Source: Eledone cirrhosa
Lineage: Eukaryota
Length of the DNA: 64,000 nt
Reading direction: 5' to 3'
Assembly: GCA_964016885.1 (NCBI GenBank)
Contig: OZ024746.1
Span: 46,500,001-46,564,000 of the forward strand
Positions 26,489-38,390 of the stretch are shown here, piece by piece. Both the position numbers and the translations under genes were made by a program. The notes under the pieces were generated by a model. The model made no database searches. It was given only the letters and a program-made list of their open reading frames with translations, and was not told where the DNA came from. Positions within the stretch are counted from its first letter, which is position 1; each line of letters begins with the position of its first letter.

Positions 26489-26793
26489 AGCATATAGACA
26501 ATATGCCCCCACACCCCCCACCGCAAGGTGGTCGTGGAGGTGCCACGGCAAAAAAGCACCCAGCCCACACTGTAAAGTGGACGTGTAGGTGCCACGAAAA
26601 AGCACCCAGCACTCACTGTAAATGAGGTTGGTGTTAGGAAGGGCATCCAGCTGTAGAAATCAAGCCAAATCAGTTCCTGTATGAGCAAGGCATGGTCAGC
26701 CGACCAGACACTGCCCACAACAGGACAACCCGTCTAACCCATGCTAGTGTGGAAGAACGGACGTAAAACGGTGATGATGATGATGATGATGAT
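23721..26793 (+). mobile_element. RTE-clade LINE (family A), 5'-truncated within the endonuclease, frameshifted
   Basis: APE motifs (SAYVPQ, GDFNGHVG, DFIL, SQH). RT motifs (QFGFVPGRGTTD, DLEKAFD, QGSVLSPLLF, YADD at ~25523, YLG), RRLRWYGHV, 3' UTR and (GAT)n tail. Confidence 0.97.
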
Positions 26794-26794
26794 G

Positions 26795-26827
<33 letters not shown>

Positions 26828-29075
26828 TATGTTCAGATTGAGTGTTGGTTTTAAACACCAGCTATGTGTGTTTCTAATGTTGTTGTTAAGAGTTGCTACT
26901 AGTCAATTTGCAAAGGATGCAAAAGCTGTAAAAGAACAAAATTAGGATTGCAAATAATGTAATTTACATCAGATAGAAAAACAAAGGAAGGAAAGTACTT
27001 GATAAAAATGATGAAATCGGAAATTATGATCATTTGCTGTGATAGAGTTAAGAGATTATAGATCTGAAAATAAATGACAAGCACTAAGGAAATATTATCT
27101 CCTGTAATAACTTAGGACATAGTTAAAATGCAGTGAACAGAGAAAAATTCATAACAGGTTTTTTTTTTGTTTCTATCTTTTATTCATTAACATGTATTTC
27201 TGAGTGTTTTGGTTTTAAAAAAGTCTTTAGTTTTTTTTTTCATGTCAGTTTTCTATCAGTTTAAGCAATAAAATAATACACCTCCAAGATAAAACCCAAA
27301 CAAAATGTCTCGGAAATCTAAAATTGCTTAGATATGTCAATAATCTTTGCATTTTATAAGTGTGATCATGAGAATATCAAAATTCTATGTCTGGATGCAA
27401 ATTATTCCAAAAATATTTACAAAACATATTTATAAAATAACTTCAGGGCTGTATTGTTTCTGTAGACAAAATTATGCTTCATTTCTTGATAGAATTAAGG
27501 AGTGATATTGCTAAGTGAAATTTTCACGTTGGTTTAAGCAATGTATGAACTTACAAATAAACTATAATTCAGCAGCAGCAGTAGTAGTGTTATTGTTACT
27601 ACTTATTGGGAAAACAAAATGCCAGGGTTAAAATGATATTATGCAAAATATAAGCTCTACATCAAACAAGAAAACTGTACATAGGAGAATCACCAGTGTT
27701 AAAATGACTATTGTAACTTTACATTATTTGCATCAACCTCGAGTTTACACCTCAAAAATTTGACATGTTAGCCCAATTCAGCTTACAATAGACAATTGTA
27801 AAAACAATGCAATCAGATATGTATTGTTTGCCAACAAAATACTCAAAGAAAATTGAAAAAACAAGATTTTATGATGCCCATTCATTTTTTAAAAGACAGG
27901 TGAAGCAAATAAGATGAGAAGGCAACAAAGGGCAGCCAGCCTCAGTCTCTAGAGCAGAGGTTCTCAAATCCTTTTTTTGCAGATTTTCTATGATTTGCAG
28001 ATTTTCAAAAGAAGAGAAATTACCTAAACATCTTTAGGTGTTTTCACCGTGCAATTGATAAGGTAAGTAATTTACAAGAACACTTCAGAATAGATAATAT
28101 GCTGATATACAAAAATGGGACAGGCTGTTGATATGATTAAGATTTTATTGGTACCAAATGCTGTATTTAAATCACAACCAATACATGCTAATGGACCTTT
28201 TGGAATGAAAGAGTTTTGATATATGGATGAAGTGGATAAGAAAAGTGATGATGATGATATTTTTTTACTATGCCCAAGATGCAAATTTAAAAGGGAGGTA
28301 ATATCCAGTGTTTGTCATCAATATATCGATGCTATATATTATATTTTCTGCAGAATGACTGGAAGGAATCAAGCATTTGTTTGGATTTTAATTCTGAACT
28401 GCAAGTGATTAAATACATGTTTAAAATACTAACACAATCCAATTTTCATATATAAGCCTTCACCCATCATCTCTGATATTTAATGACTAGAAATGAAAGT
28501 AAAACCAAGTGTGTTTCAATAGCTAAGGTAGAATGGTTTCCACATTATTAACGTATATTTATCGGAGGTGTTAAGAAAGGAAATTTGGTAAGAAATCCTT
28601 ATAAATGCATTTAAACTGTAGCGGATATTTCAAATTACTTAAATATTTTTCAGAAAGTGTGATCTAAATGTATCCACAAAATAATATTAGAAATACTGTT
28701 TGTCTTATAAGATTATTTATATAGCTATGAATATTTTACCTCATATTTTTCTTCTTATTCTATGAAATGATATACTTCATCACATACAATGATACATTTA
28801 TCTCACTTGAAGCCTAATGGGATATGTTTTTATCTGTTGAATTAGTGCAAGGTTTAAAATTTGCATATTTTCAGAAAAATAAAATGCCTTTTAGATTCAT
28901 GAAAAGTTTCCACCAATCCTGTCTTTTTTTTTTTACATAAATTTAAGCTTATCATTAAAATGATAAGATGGCAAAAGAATTACCTACAGAGAACATATAT
29001 ATCACTCGATATGCAAATTAAGCTGCTCAGCCGTTAATATGCATAAGTATATACTTTCAGACGTTCCACCATCTG

Positions 29076-29136
29076 GCAGGAAGGTATATGATGCTGACGA
29101 TAGCTAATAAGCTTGAAACTAGTACATCGTTCCTGC
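29076..29136 (+). ncRNA. Type I hammerhead ribozyme, copy 1
   Basis: GCAGGA-aggtat-ATGATG-CTGACGA-t-AGCT-aata-AGCT-t-GAAAC-ta-GTA^CATCGT-TCCTGC. Predicted cut after 29124. Confidence 0.88.
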
Positions 29137-29508
29137 ATCAGTGTTGAACAAAAAGGTGACGTGGTTGTCTAAACACGGTACAGCGTAATTCGGGCTGTTT
29201 TTTTACAAACAAACCGAGTATTATAATAAATGTTCAGTAAACTGATACATGCATATATATATATATGTGTGCATGTATGTATATATATACATACTACTGT
29301 ACGTCTGTATACATATATGTATGTACGTATACATACATATATACTTACATTTAAGTAAGTGCCGTACTCAGAGTGAGAAATGAAATTTCGTTTCATTCTA
29401 TTTATCGTTTTCGGTGCGCCCGGCCGACTGATGCAATATGCAAATTAGGCTGCTCAGCCATTAATATGCATAAGGAAAGTATATACTTTCAGACGTTCAA
29501 CCATCTGG

Positions 29509-29567
29509 CAGGAAGGTATACGATGCTGACGATAGCTAATAAGCTTGAAACTAGTACATCGTTCCTG
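29509..29567 (+). ncRNA. Type I hammerhead ribozyme, copy 2
   Basis: CAGGA-aggtat-ACGATG-CTGACGA-t-AGCT-aata-AGCT-t-GAAAC-ta-GTA^CATCGT-TCCTG. Predicted cut after 29556. Confidence 0.9.
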
Positions 29568-31169
29568 TGTCAGTGTTGAACAAAAAGGTGACGTGGTTGC
29601 CTAAACACTGTACAGCGTAATTCGGGCTGTTTGTTTGTTTACAAACAAACAAACCGAGAATTATAATAAATGTTCGGTAAACCGATACATGCATATATAT
29701 ATATGTGTGCATGTATGTATATATACATACTACTGTACGTCTGTATACATATATGTATGTATGTATACATACATACTTACATTTAAGTAAGTGCCGTACT
29801 AAGAGTGAGAAATGAAATTTTGTTTCATTCTATTCCATTCATATATATATAGTTTATCACCTTTTACAAACAAAAAATAAAATTTTGTCTGTTTTGTAAA
29901 CTCCCTTTATGATATAGTCACACTATAATATTTTGTTTTTAAATCATTTTAGGGTCTTTTCTAAAATCTACATTGGCTAAGCTTAAAACATTACAGAGGA
30001 CTTTTAAGTTGCTGACTTTTGATTATTTTCTGAGGTCATTTTCTATCAGGGGCATGATCATCACACTTTTCATTTTCTTGATCCTCCAAACTCTGTAGAA
30101 TTAAATCACTTAATGAAGCATATGACTAATTAATTATTGAATCAGTGAGACATTTTCTATAGTGTTGATTAGCCAGCTAGAAATAGTAACTAGATCTCTC
30201 TCATTTGAATCACATATCTTTAAAAGGCAGCAGTACAACTTGTATAATGTATTGTGAGTGAAATAAAAGGGTAAGATGATCAAAGCTGAAAAATGTTTAA
30301 TCATAAATTTGATAATTAAGGCTGACATAGGGTTGAATAACTTCAACACATTAATAATCACCTTCATTTATTATGGTTGGCATAGATTCAACTTGTTTGC
30401 AAGTCTTAGTCCTGTAACTGGTTATTGCACTTGTATGAAATAAATTGGATGTTGATTAATAGATTTCATGCATTGCCGCCATTCTTTCAATTTTATTATC
30501 TATTTTTCTGAAAATTCCATATTCAGATTGTTAAAATGTTATTGACGCCTAACTCTATACATCTATAGTTCTTCATCAAATATGAATCTTTTCAGCCATT
30601 ACAAAACTAAATTTTTGAGATGCATCAGCTAACATCTAATGATGCATCTTTCTTAGATTTTACCATTATCTCATTGTAATTGATCAGTACTATAAACCAT
30701 CTTACAGTCTGACACAGTAACCTAATTCTGAACTTCTACAAAGCTTAAAGCTGTTAATTCAGAGAAAGAAAAACAATTTTATGGATTTCATTTTGTACAA
30801 TGACATAAGCAATGTAAGAGCTAAGAAATAACTTCATATTTGCATTGTAGCTAGGCTACAGACTAGGTTTATCAAATGCCTTCACTATTTTGTGGAATTT
30901 GTTCAAACTGGACAACATAGAACTCTTTTGATTAAATACAAGACTAAAGTAAATTGACTTGTGAAAATCATGTCCATTCTTTTTATTGAAAAACAAAGTT
31001 TAAATAAACAAAATAGACATAAGGGAAATTTCAATAAATATTAAAACTTATTTTAGTGTTAGATTTTGATTTAAATATATTTTTTATTGAGATTATTCAA
31101 TTTTTTTTTCAATATTTATTTAATAATTTCCTTAAGAAAATTAATATCAGTTACATGATAAAGTAGATA

Positions 31170-32690
31170 TGGTATGAAACAGATGCCCAGGAGAGTAGTA
31201 AGCACTATGAGAACACTTGATATCAATTCTACAAAATGTTCGAACAATTCCTTAGGTTTCCTAGGTGAGCTAGTTAGCAGTGTAATAGCTAGAAAGAAAT
31301 GAAGCAGAATGCTTGATTGGTGTGCGATTTTAATGTACAGGAATACTAGCTCTTTCAACTGCGCAGAGGGCTCTATAGAAATAGTGGACAGCTTCCGTTA
31401 CCTGGGTGACAAAATCAGCAGTGGGGGAGGGTGCTCTGAAAGTACAGTAGCTAGAGTCAGAACTGGATGGAAAAAGTTCAGAGAGCTTACACCACTATTA
31501 GCCGCTAAAGGGTTCTCCCTAAAAATGAAAGGCAGGTTGTATGATGCCTGCATACGAACAGCAATGTTGCATGGCAGTGAGACCTGGGCATTGTGTGCAG
31601 AGGATATACGCAGACTAGAGAGGAACGAAGCTTGCATGCTCCGCTGGATGTGTAATAGTAATATACGTGAACGGCAAAGCATAAACGAACTAAGGAAAAA
31701 ATTAGAAATAAGAGGGATCAGATGTTGTTTACTCGAGAGAAGGCTACGTTGGTATGGACACGTGATGCGCATGAAAGACGATAGCTGTATAACAAAGTGC
31801 AGGGCAATAAAGATAGACGGTAGCCACGGAATAGGCAGACCCAGAAAAACCTGGGACGAGCTGATAAATTCCGACCTCACACACTTACACCTCTCCAAGA
31901 CAATGTCACTGGACCGAGATCTTTGGCGGTACTCAGTAATAGAGAAGACCCGCCTTACCTAAATACATAGTAAAACCTACTACAGTCAGTAGGCATCTCT
32001 AACAAAATACACCCCCGTCCCACCACCCCTACCCCATCCACACCGCCCCCTTCTATGTAAAGTTATGTTGGTGCCACACCATCCAGGCTGAAACAAATGA
32101 GATCGTGTAGGTGTCACGACAAAAAACACAGTCCACGCTATAATGTGGCCGTGTAGGCAACACGGTAAAAACCTCCCATTCCCACACTGTAAATGTGGTT
32201 GGTGTTAGGAATGGCATCCAGCTGTAGAAAACCCGCCAGACAGTCCACGCTGTAATGTGGTCATGTAGGCAACACGGTAAAAACCTCCCAGACCCACACT
32301 GTAAATGTGGTTGGTGTTAGGAAGGGCATCCAGCTGTAGAAAACCTGCCAGACAGTCCTATGCGAGCAAGATAATCACTCTTGCCTCAAGTGGGAAAACC
32401 CTCGTTCAAACCCATGCAAGCGTGGAACACGGACGTTAAACGTTGATGATGATGATGATGATGAGGAACATTGAAGCACAAGTGAGTAAGAAAACACTTG
32501 TGATGAGTATGGAGGATGAAAGCTGTATAATGAAGTGTAGGTCACCCAAATTACATAGAACTTGTAGAAGAGGTAGATGCAAGAAGTACCGAAATGAAGG
32601 AGTGAAAAAGGATCTCATAATGCTGAGAATCACAAATGAGATGACATATGACCACAATCCTTAGTGGCATACAGTGCTGGAGAACTAGCC
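31170..32690 (+). mobile_element. Old RTE relic split by a younger RTE insertion
   Basis: Left piece ~31170-31340 (FLGELVS, SVIAR, LERNEA, ..NVQ). Right piece 32464-32690 (VMSMEDESCIMKCRS..RGRCKK..VKKDL). Confidence 0.6.
31339..32463 (+). mobile_element. RTE-clade LINE (family B), 5'-truncated
   Basis: Open ORF end DSFRYLGD...RRLRWYGHVMRM...EKTRLT* (to 31962), 3' UTR and (GAT)n tail. Nearly identical to 34990-36000 on minus. Confidence 0.96.
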
Positions 32691-33979
32691 AATGAAACAT
32701 AGGTAAACAAGCCTTGAAATTATGGTAGTGATAGAAGCTGGCAGATATAATACATCTACATTTGGGTCTTAAGCCTAATAGGTATCTAAGACTCTACAAG
32801 CCACAACCAACTCTTTGAAAACCCCCCTCATCTTAGATGTTCCCTCACCCACTTTCCTATTCACTGCACCATACCAGCCATGTAATGAGGGAAATCATTA
32901 AACATGTTTATACCCAATTTCCCCAGCTTTATCTCACTATCTACATCTCTCTTCCATCATGACAACTATGTATGAAGAACTGCACAAAATCTGCTTGTAT
33001 CTGACATATCCTAGCATTATCATTTTCTGCGTCCCTTCTTCCAATGCCACTTTTTATTGTTATCCAGCACTCTCTTGCACCATCACACAGAAGTGCATGA
33101 GTGAGAGAACCCCTGTTCTATAGCTAGCCTACCACCATTAATAATAATGCTATTACTGATAGTATTATCATTATTATTATCAACTCACAACATTTCAATA
33201 TTTTAGAACATCATTATTATTTTTCTTTAGATCACATATTCTTGATACCACTTCTTATATATTATAATATGTTATATACAGATACATGCATTTCACCTAC
33301 CCTACAATTCCAGTATTTATTTGTTTGTGTACTAACTCACTTATTTAGTTCTTTACTCACCTACATTTAAATACCATCTTCCTATGTACACCCAAACATT
33401 CTTACTCTTACTTCTGTTCCCCACCCCCTCATGGACACTAGATTTTCTCTTTTGGTGTTTTCTTCTTTTCTTTGTACTGCCTCCTTCTTTTCTGACCACT
33501 GCCACCCTCCTGCTCCTCCTGTTCCACTAGTGCATCTATCCATCTCTTGAATCTCACCCAACACCCTCATATCGCCACATAAACACAAAAGTGTCTATGA
33601 ACCAGCCAAAACACCACACCACCGCCACCTCCATCAAGTGATATACCCTACTATCATTCTTTCATCTCCTCAACCCCTTTCTTCCTTCAAAATTCTTCCG
33701 CTCACCTATCCCATATACCTAAACATTTTTTCTTGCAAAACCACCAATCAAAATGAAGTAAAACCGACCAACATAAATTAATGAGAACTGATATGTATTT
33801 TTTCAAATATGTAAGGGAATAGTTCTGTCATTACCATAACAGAAGTCCCACAAGTTTTTGATTCCAGAGTCAGGCCAGATAGATACAGATCAAGCCTTGA
33901 GCTGTTAAATCATGAAAAATGAAATAAATGAAATGACGATCTAACACCACATCCTTTTTATTATTATCATTACACTCAA

Positions 33980-34172
33980 GGGCGGTGGATTGGCAGTATC
34001 GGTAGAGGGTCGGACGCCATGCTTTGACGTATTGAATTACGCCCCTTTCCATTCTGAGTTCCAATCCCGCTGAGATTAACTTTGTCTTTCATCCTTACGG
34101 GGTCGATAAAATAAAGTACCAATAATGCACTGGGTACTTACTGGCCTTGTGCCAAAAGTATAAACAATTATT
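33980..34172 (+). mobile_element. OK-type SINE with TSD
   Basis: TSD attattatcattacactc at 33960-33977 and 34167-34184. Confidence 0.95.
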
Positions 34173-34323
34173 ATCATTACACTCTGCTTTGTACAACACC
34201 ATTGAAGCTACGCATTGAGTGCCCACCTTGGTGAACCTACAGTAACTGGACATTACAATCATTAAACTCCATTCATCATCATCATCATCGTCATCACCAC
34301 CGCCACCGCCACCACCACCAATA

Positions 34324-34656
34324 TCATCATCATTTTACGTCTGCTTTTCCCTGCTTTCAAGAGTGGGACGGGAACTGATTCTGGCTTGATTTCTACACCT
34401 GTATGCCCTTCCTAACACCAACCTCATTTACAGTGAGCGCTGCGTGCTTTTTTTGCCGTGGCACCTCCACGACCACTTTGCAGTGGAATGATAGTGACCC
34501 CAGTCCCTATCATCTCGTTTCTACAGCTGAGTAAACTGGAGCAATGTGAAATAAAGTGTTTTGCTCAAGGAAACAACACATCACCCAGTCTGAGAATTGA
34601 ACTCACAACCTTTCGATTGCAAGGCCAATGCTGTAACCACTAAGCCATGTGCCTCC
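34324..34656 (-). mobile_element. tRNA-CORE SINE with RTE-derived tail
   Basis: Inverted homologue of 52635-52973. Confidence 0.92.
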
Positions 34657-34667
34657 ATATATATATA

Positions 34668-37662
34668 TCTGTAACTCTGTGTTGAGCAGAGTTATGGGCC
34701 GGAAGTTGCCTATGTCATCCCCCTTGTTCTCGTCCTTCCTGACTAACGTGATTACGCCCTTGGTCACAGAACTGGGAATTCTCCCGTTCTGCTGCCAGCT
34801 GCAGTAGACCGCTTTCAGGAGACCGGAGACAAAGTCCGGCCTTGCTACGTAAAATTCGTAGGGTAGACCGTCGAGACCTGGAGATTTGCGTTTTCTGCAT
34901 TGGCTCAGCGTGTTCTCTATCTCAACGGCCGAAATCGGCCTTTCACAGAACTTCGCGTCGCTGTCCGAGAGTCGCGGTAGGCCATCGAGGTCATCATCAT
35001 CATCATCGTTTAACGTCCATGTTCCACGCTTGCATGGGTTTGGATGGAAGTTTTCCCACTTGAGGCAAGAGTGGTTGTCTTGCTCGCATAGGACTGTCTG
35101 GTAGGTTTTCTACAGCTGGATGTCCTTCCTAACACCAACCACATTTACAGTGTGGGACTGGGAGGTTTTTACCGTGCTGCCTACACGGCCACATTACAGC
35201 GTGGACTGTGTGTTTTTTTGTCGTGACACCTACACGATCTCATTTGTTTCGGCCTGGATGTTGTGGCACCAACATAACTTTACATTGAAAGGGGCGGTGT
35301 GGATGGGGTGAGGGTGTGGGACGGGGGTGTATTTTGTTAGAGATGCCTACTGACTGTAGTAGGTTTTACTTTGTATTTAGGTAAGGCGTGTCTTCTCTAT
35401 TACTGAGTGCTGCCAAAGATCTCGGTCCAGTGACATTGTCTTGGAGATGTGTAAGTGTATGAGGTCGGAGTTTATAAGGTGGTCCCAGGTTTTTCTGGGT
35501 CTCCCTACTCCGTGGCTACCGTCTATCTTTATTGCCCTGCACTTTTTTATACAGCTGTCGTCTTTCATGCGCATTACGTGACCATACCAACGTAGCCTTC
35601 TCTCAAGTAAACAACATCTGATCCCTCTTATTTCTAATTTTTCCCTTAGTTCGTTTATGCTTTGCCGTTCGCGTATATTACTATTACACATCCAGCGGAG
35701 CATGCAAGCTTCGTTCCTCTCTAGTCTGCGTATATCCTTTGCACACAATGCCCAGGTCTCACTGCCATGCAACATTGCTGTTCGTATGCAGGCATCATAC
35801 AGCCTGCCTTCCATTTTTAGGGAGAACCCTTTAGCGGCTAATAGTGGTATAAGCTCTCTGAACTTTTTCCATCCAGTTCTGACTCTAGCTACTGTACTTT
35901 CAGAGCACCCTTCCCCACTGCTGATTTTGTCACCCAGGTAACGGAAGCTGTCCACTATTTCTATAGAACCCTCTGCGCAATTGAAAGAGCTAGTATTTTG
36001 TGGGCTCTTGCTGCTACTTATTGCACCAGAGCACCGGCCACATGTAAAATCTATGTTCTTAGTTAGCTTACCTATGATCCCACTACATCTTTTATGCACC
36101 CATACTTTGCATTTGGGACATAAAATGGAGTTTCTACGTACGCCTTTCCTACACAGTGAGCATGGCCATTTCCCGGAAGGGACCGGCGCCTTATTTTCTT
36201 TCCTACAAACTAGAACTTTAGTCTTAGCCAGGTTAATTTTAAGGTCTTTTGATTCTAGGCCGTGCTTCCATGTTTGGAATTTCTTCTCTAGCTCGGCCAT
36301 TGATTCAGCTATGAGCGTTAATCATCTGCGTATAGGAGTTCCCATGGGCAGCCGGTCTTGAACTCCACTGTTATAGCCTGAAGGGCAATAATAAATAGTA
36401 GGGGGCTAAGAACAGAGCCCTGATGAACACCAACTTTTACGCTAAACTCTTCACTATATTCGTTGTTAATTCTAACCTTGCTGACTGTTTCTTTATACAT
36501 GGCTTGTATAGCTCTCACAAGCCATTCATCAACACCTAGTTTTCTAAGAGCCCACCAGATAATGGAACGGGGGACTCTGTCGAAGGCTTTCTCCAAGTCG
36601 ACGAAAGCTAAGTATAGGGGTTTACTTTTAGCTAGGTACTTCTCCTGTAGTTGTCGTACAATGAAAAGAGCGTCTGTGGTACTTTTGCCTGACACAAACC
36701 CGAACTGCATTTCATCTAGATCGATTCTCTCTCTGATTAGTTGCGCTATTACTTTTTCCGTGACCTTCATGACCTGGTCGATTAATTTAATGCCTCTATA
36801 GTTACTCCTATCTAGGGCATCTCCTTTACCCTTGTAGCAGTTAATGATGATGCTGCTACGCCAGTCCTTCGGAACAACCCCATTCTGTATGACTTGGTTT
36901 ACTATCCGGGTGACCATGGTGTGTCCCACCGTTCCAGAGGCTTTCAGCATCTCAGCAACTATTTCCGAAGGCCCAGCCGCCTTACCCGTCTTCATATGAA
37001 CCAAAATCCATAGCCCCTCACGGCGTGCCGCCCTGCCCAAACAGTTGAGCAATGTGCCGCTGAAAAGCCGCGCACATTTGCTTCGGCTCACGTATCACGC
37101 GTCCATCTTGGTCCTTCAAAGACCGAATCGTGGACTTGTTGCCACTTTTCCCCTCCGTCACTCAGGCCCAGCTAACAGCTTTGGCTCCCACGTTTCCCAG
37201 AGCACATATTTTGCTTCTGACAATGCAGCCTTCATGCTTTGCATCGAAGAACTGGTCCAAGGCCGTTCTCGTCGCTAGCACGCTGGCTACGTTGCCACTC
37301 CTAAGTGCCTCTTCTACTTTATCTACCAGGTCCTTTTCGGTCTTATTTCTATCTAACACTAATTATTTACTAAAACCTATCGAGTCTAATCTAACTGCCC
37401 TCTTGAGAGAGTACCACCATCTGTTGTTGACAATGGCCCCCGTCTTGTGCTGCTTAACTAAAGTGCTAATCCGTCTACTGTAGGCTTTGCATGTCGGTAA
37501 CAACAAGTTCAGCTTCCAGTAGCTGGGTCCCTGTCTATGGGTTTTGTCAAGGTTGACTAAGCAGGTCACTAATTTGTGATCTGAATAGGCAACCATGAAC
37601 ATTTGTGGACAGCTTAACATATCCCTATCCTTCTTTCTAACTAGAACCCTATCTAGGTACGA

Positions 37663-37664
<2 letters not shown>
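34668..37664 (-). mobile_element. L1/Tx1-like LINE internal fragment (EN end, linker, RT start), interrupted by an RTE
   Basis: 37664-36995: YLDRVLV..YSDHKLV..YWKLN...AMDFGSY. 34990-34668: LDGLPRL...KSPGLDGLPYEFY...NFRPITLLNTELQI. The two parts are colinear. Confidence 0.9.
34991..36997 (-). mobile_element. RTE-clade LINE (family B), 5'-truncated at the RT start, nested in the L1/Tx1 fragment
   Basis: MKTGKAAGPS...DLEKAFD...QGSVLSPLLF...YADD, 1-nt frameshift near 36320, PHD-like finger, RRLRWYGHV, 3' UTR and (GAT)n tail. Confidence 0.96.
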
Positions 37665-37746
<82 letters not shown>

Positions 37747-37798
37747 GAGAGCTATGTGTATGTATGTATATATATATGTGTATGTATATATATGTATA

Positions 37799-37830
<32 letters not shown>
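37665..37830. repeat. Compound (TA)n/(GA)n/(TATG)n microsatellite
   Basis: Directly visible. Confidence 0.95.
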
Positions 37831-38109
37831 AAAACTATGCCCCTCACAGTTGTGTAGCATGTACCATGCTTAAGCTACAAGATTTAGGTAAACTTGCAGT
37901 TCTGAGTCGACACAGACACATCTGCCCTTCTTTACTTTGGTCCAGTAAAACCTCAAACTTCTGGAAACTACTCAGCTTGTACTTTCTTTATTGACTCCAA
38001 AAGAATGAAAGGCAAAGTAAATGTCAGTAGGATTTGAACTCAGAGAGTCAAGAACAAATATCTAACACACTAACAACTCTGCCAAATTCTTTTTCCTTTT
38101 GCTCACCTA

Positions 38110-38390
38110 TTCCTTGAAGGGTCATGGGGGTAGTGTCCTCAAGTACACCTTGCAACAAGTCTTGTCAGAAGCAACTGTCTCCAATTGATCCGGTTGGATC
38201 CCCAAGCAAGACTAGCCAAGGTCATGGATGTTATCCAAACATCTTCCTTGGGGTCTACTCCTTGTTCTTTTACTGGTTGGTTTCATCCATAAAATCTAAT
38301 CACATATCTGTAATATTGGAGCTGTGATCTCTCAATTCAGGGAAGTTGTGGCTCTGCATAGAGTGAATCTCTGATCTCCAAGCTATGCAC
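38110..38390 (-). mobile_element. Rex3/Expander-like RTE LINE C-terminal relic
   Basis: Minus translation KPTSKRTRSRPQGRCLDNIHDLG*SCLGIQPDQLETVASDKT..YLRTLPP*P resembles the Rex3-type ending RPRTRW..LAWERLGI..LLPPRP. Confidence 0.7.

Larger units (their letters stand above)
29009..29834 (+). mobile_element. Tandem dimer of a ~430-bp non-coding hammerhead-containing unit (retrozyme-like)
   Basis: Copy 1 is 29009-29435 and copy 2 is 29436-29834, highly similar. One hammerhead per unit, no RT ORF, flanked by catatatat on both sides. Confidence 0.85.

Noticed and set aside
27947-27970. ctctagag followed by cagaggttctcaaa, like a hAT/Charlie end (similar at 58096)
   Set aside because: No matching second TIR or TSD found
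29009-29834. ORFs 29169-29396 and 29373-29579 as proteins, or the tandem unit as a CRISPR-like array
   Set aside because: The ORFs are short and not preserved between copies. There is no repeat-spacer structure, and the context is eukaryotic
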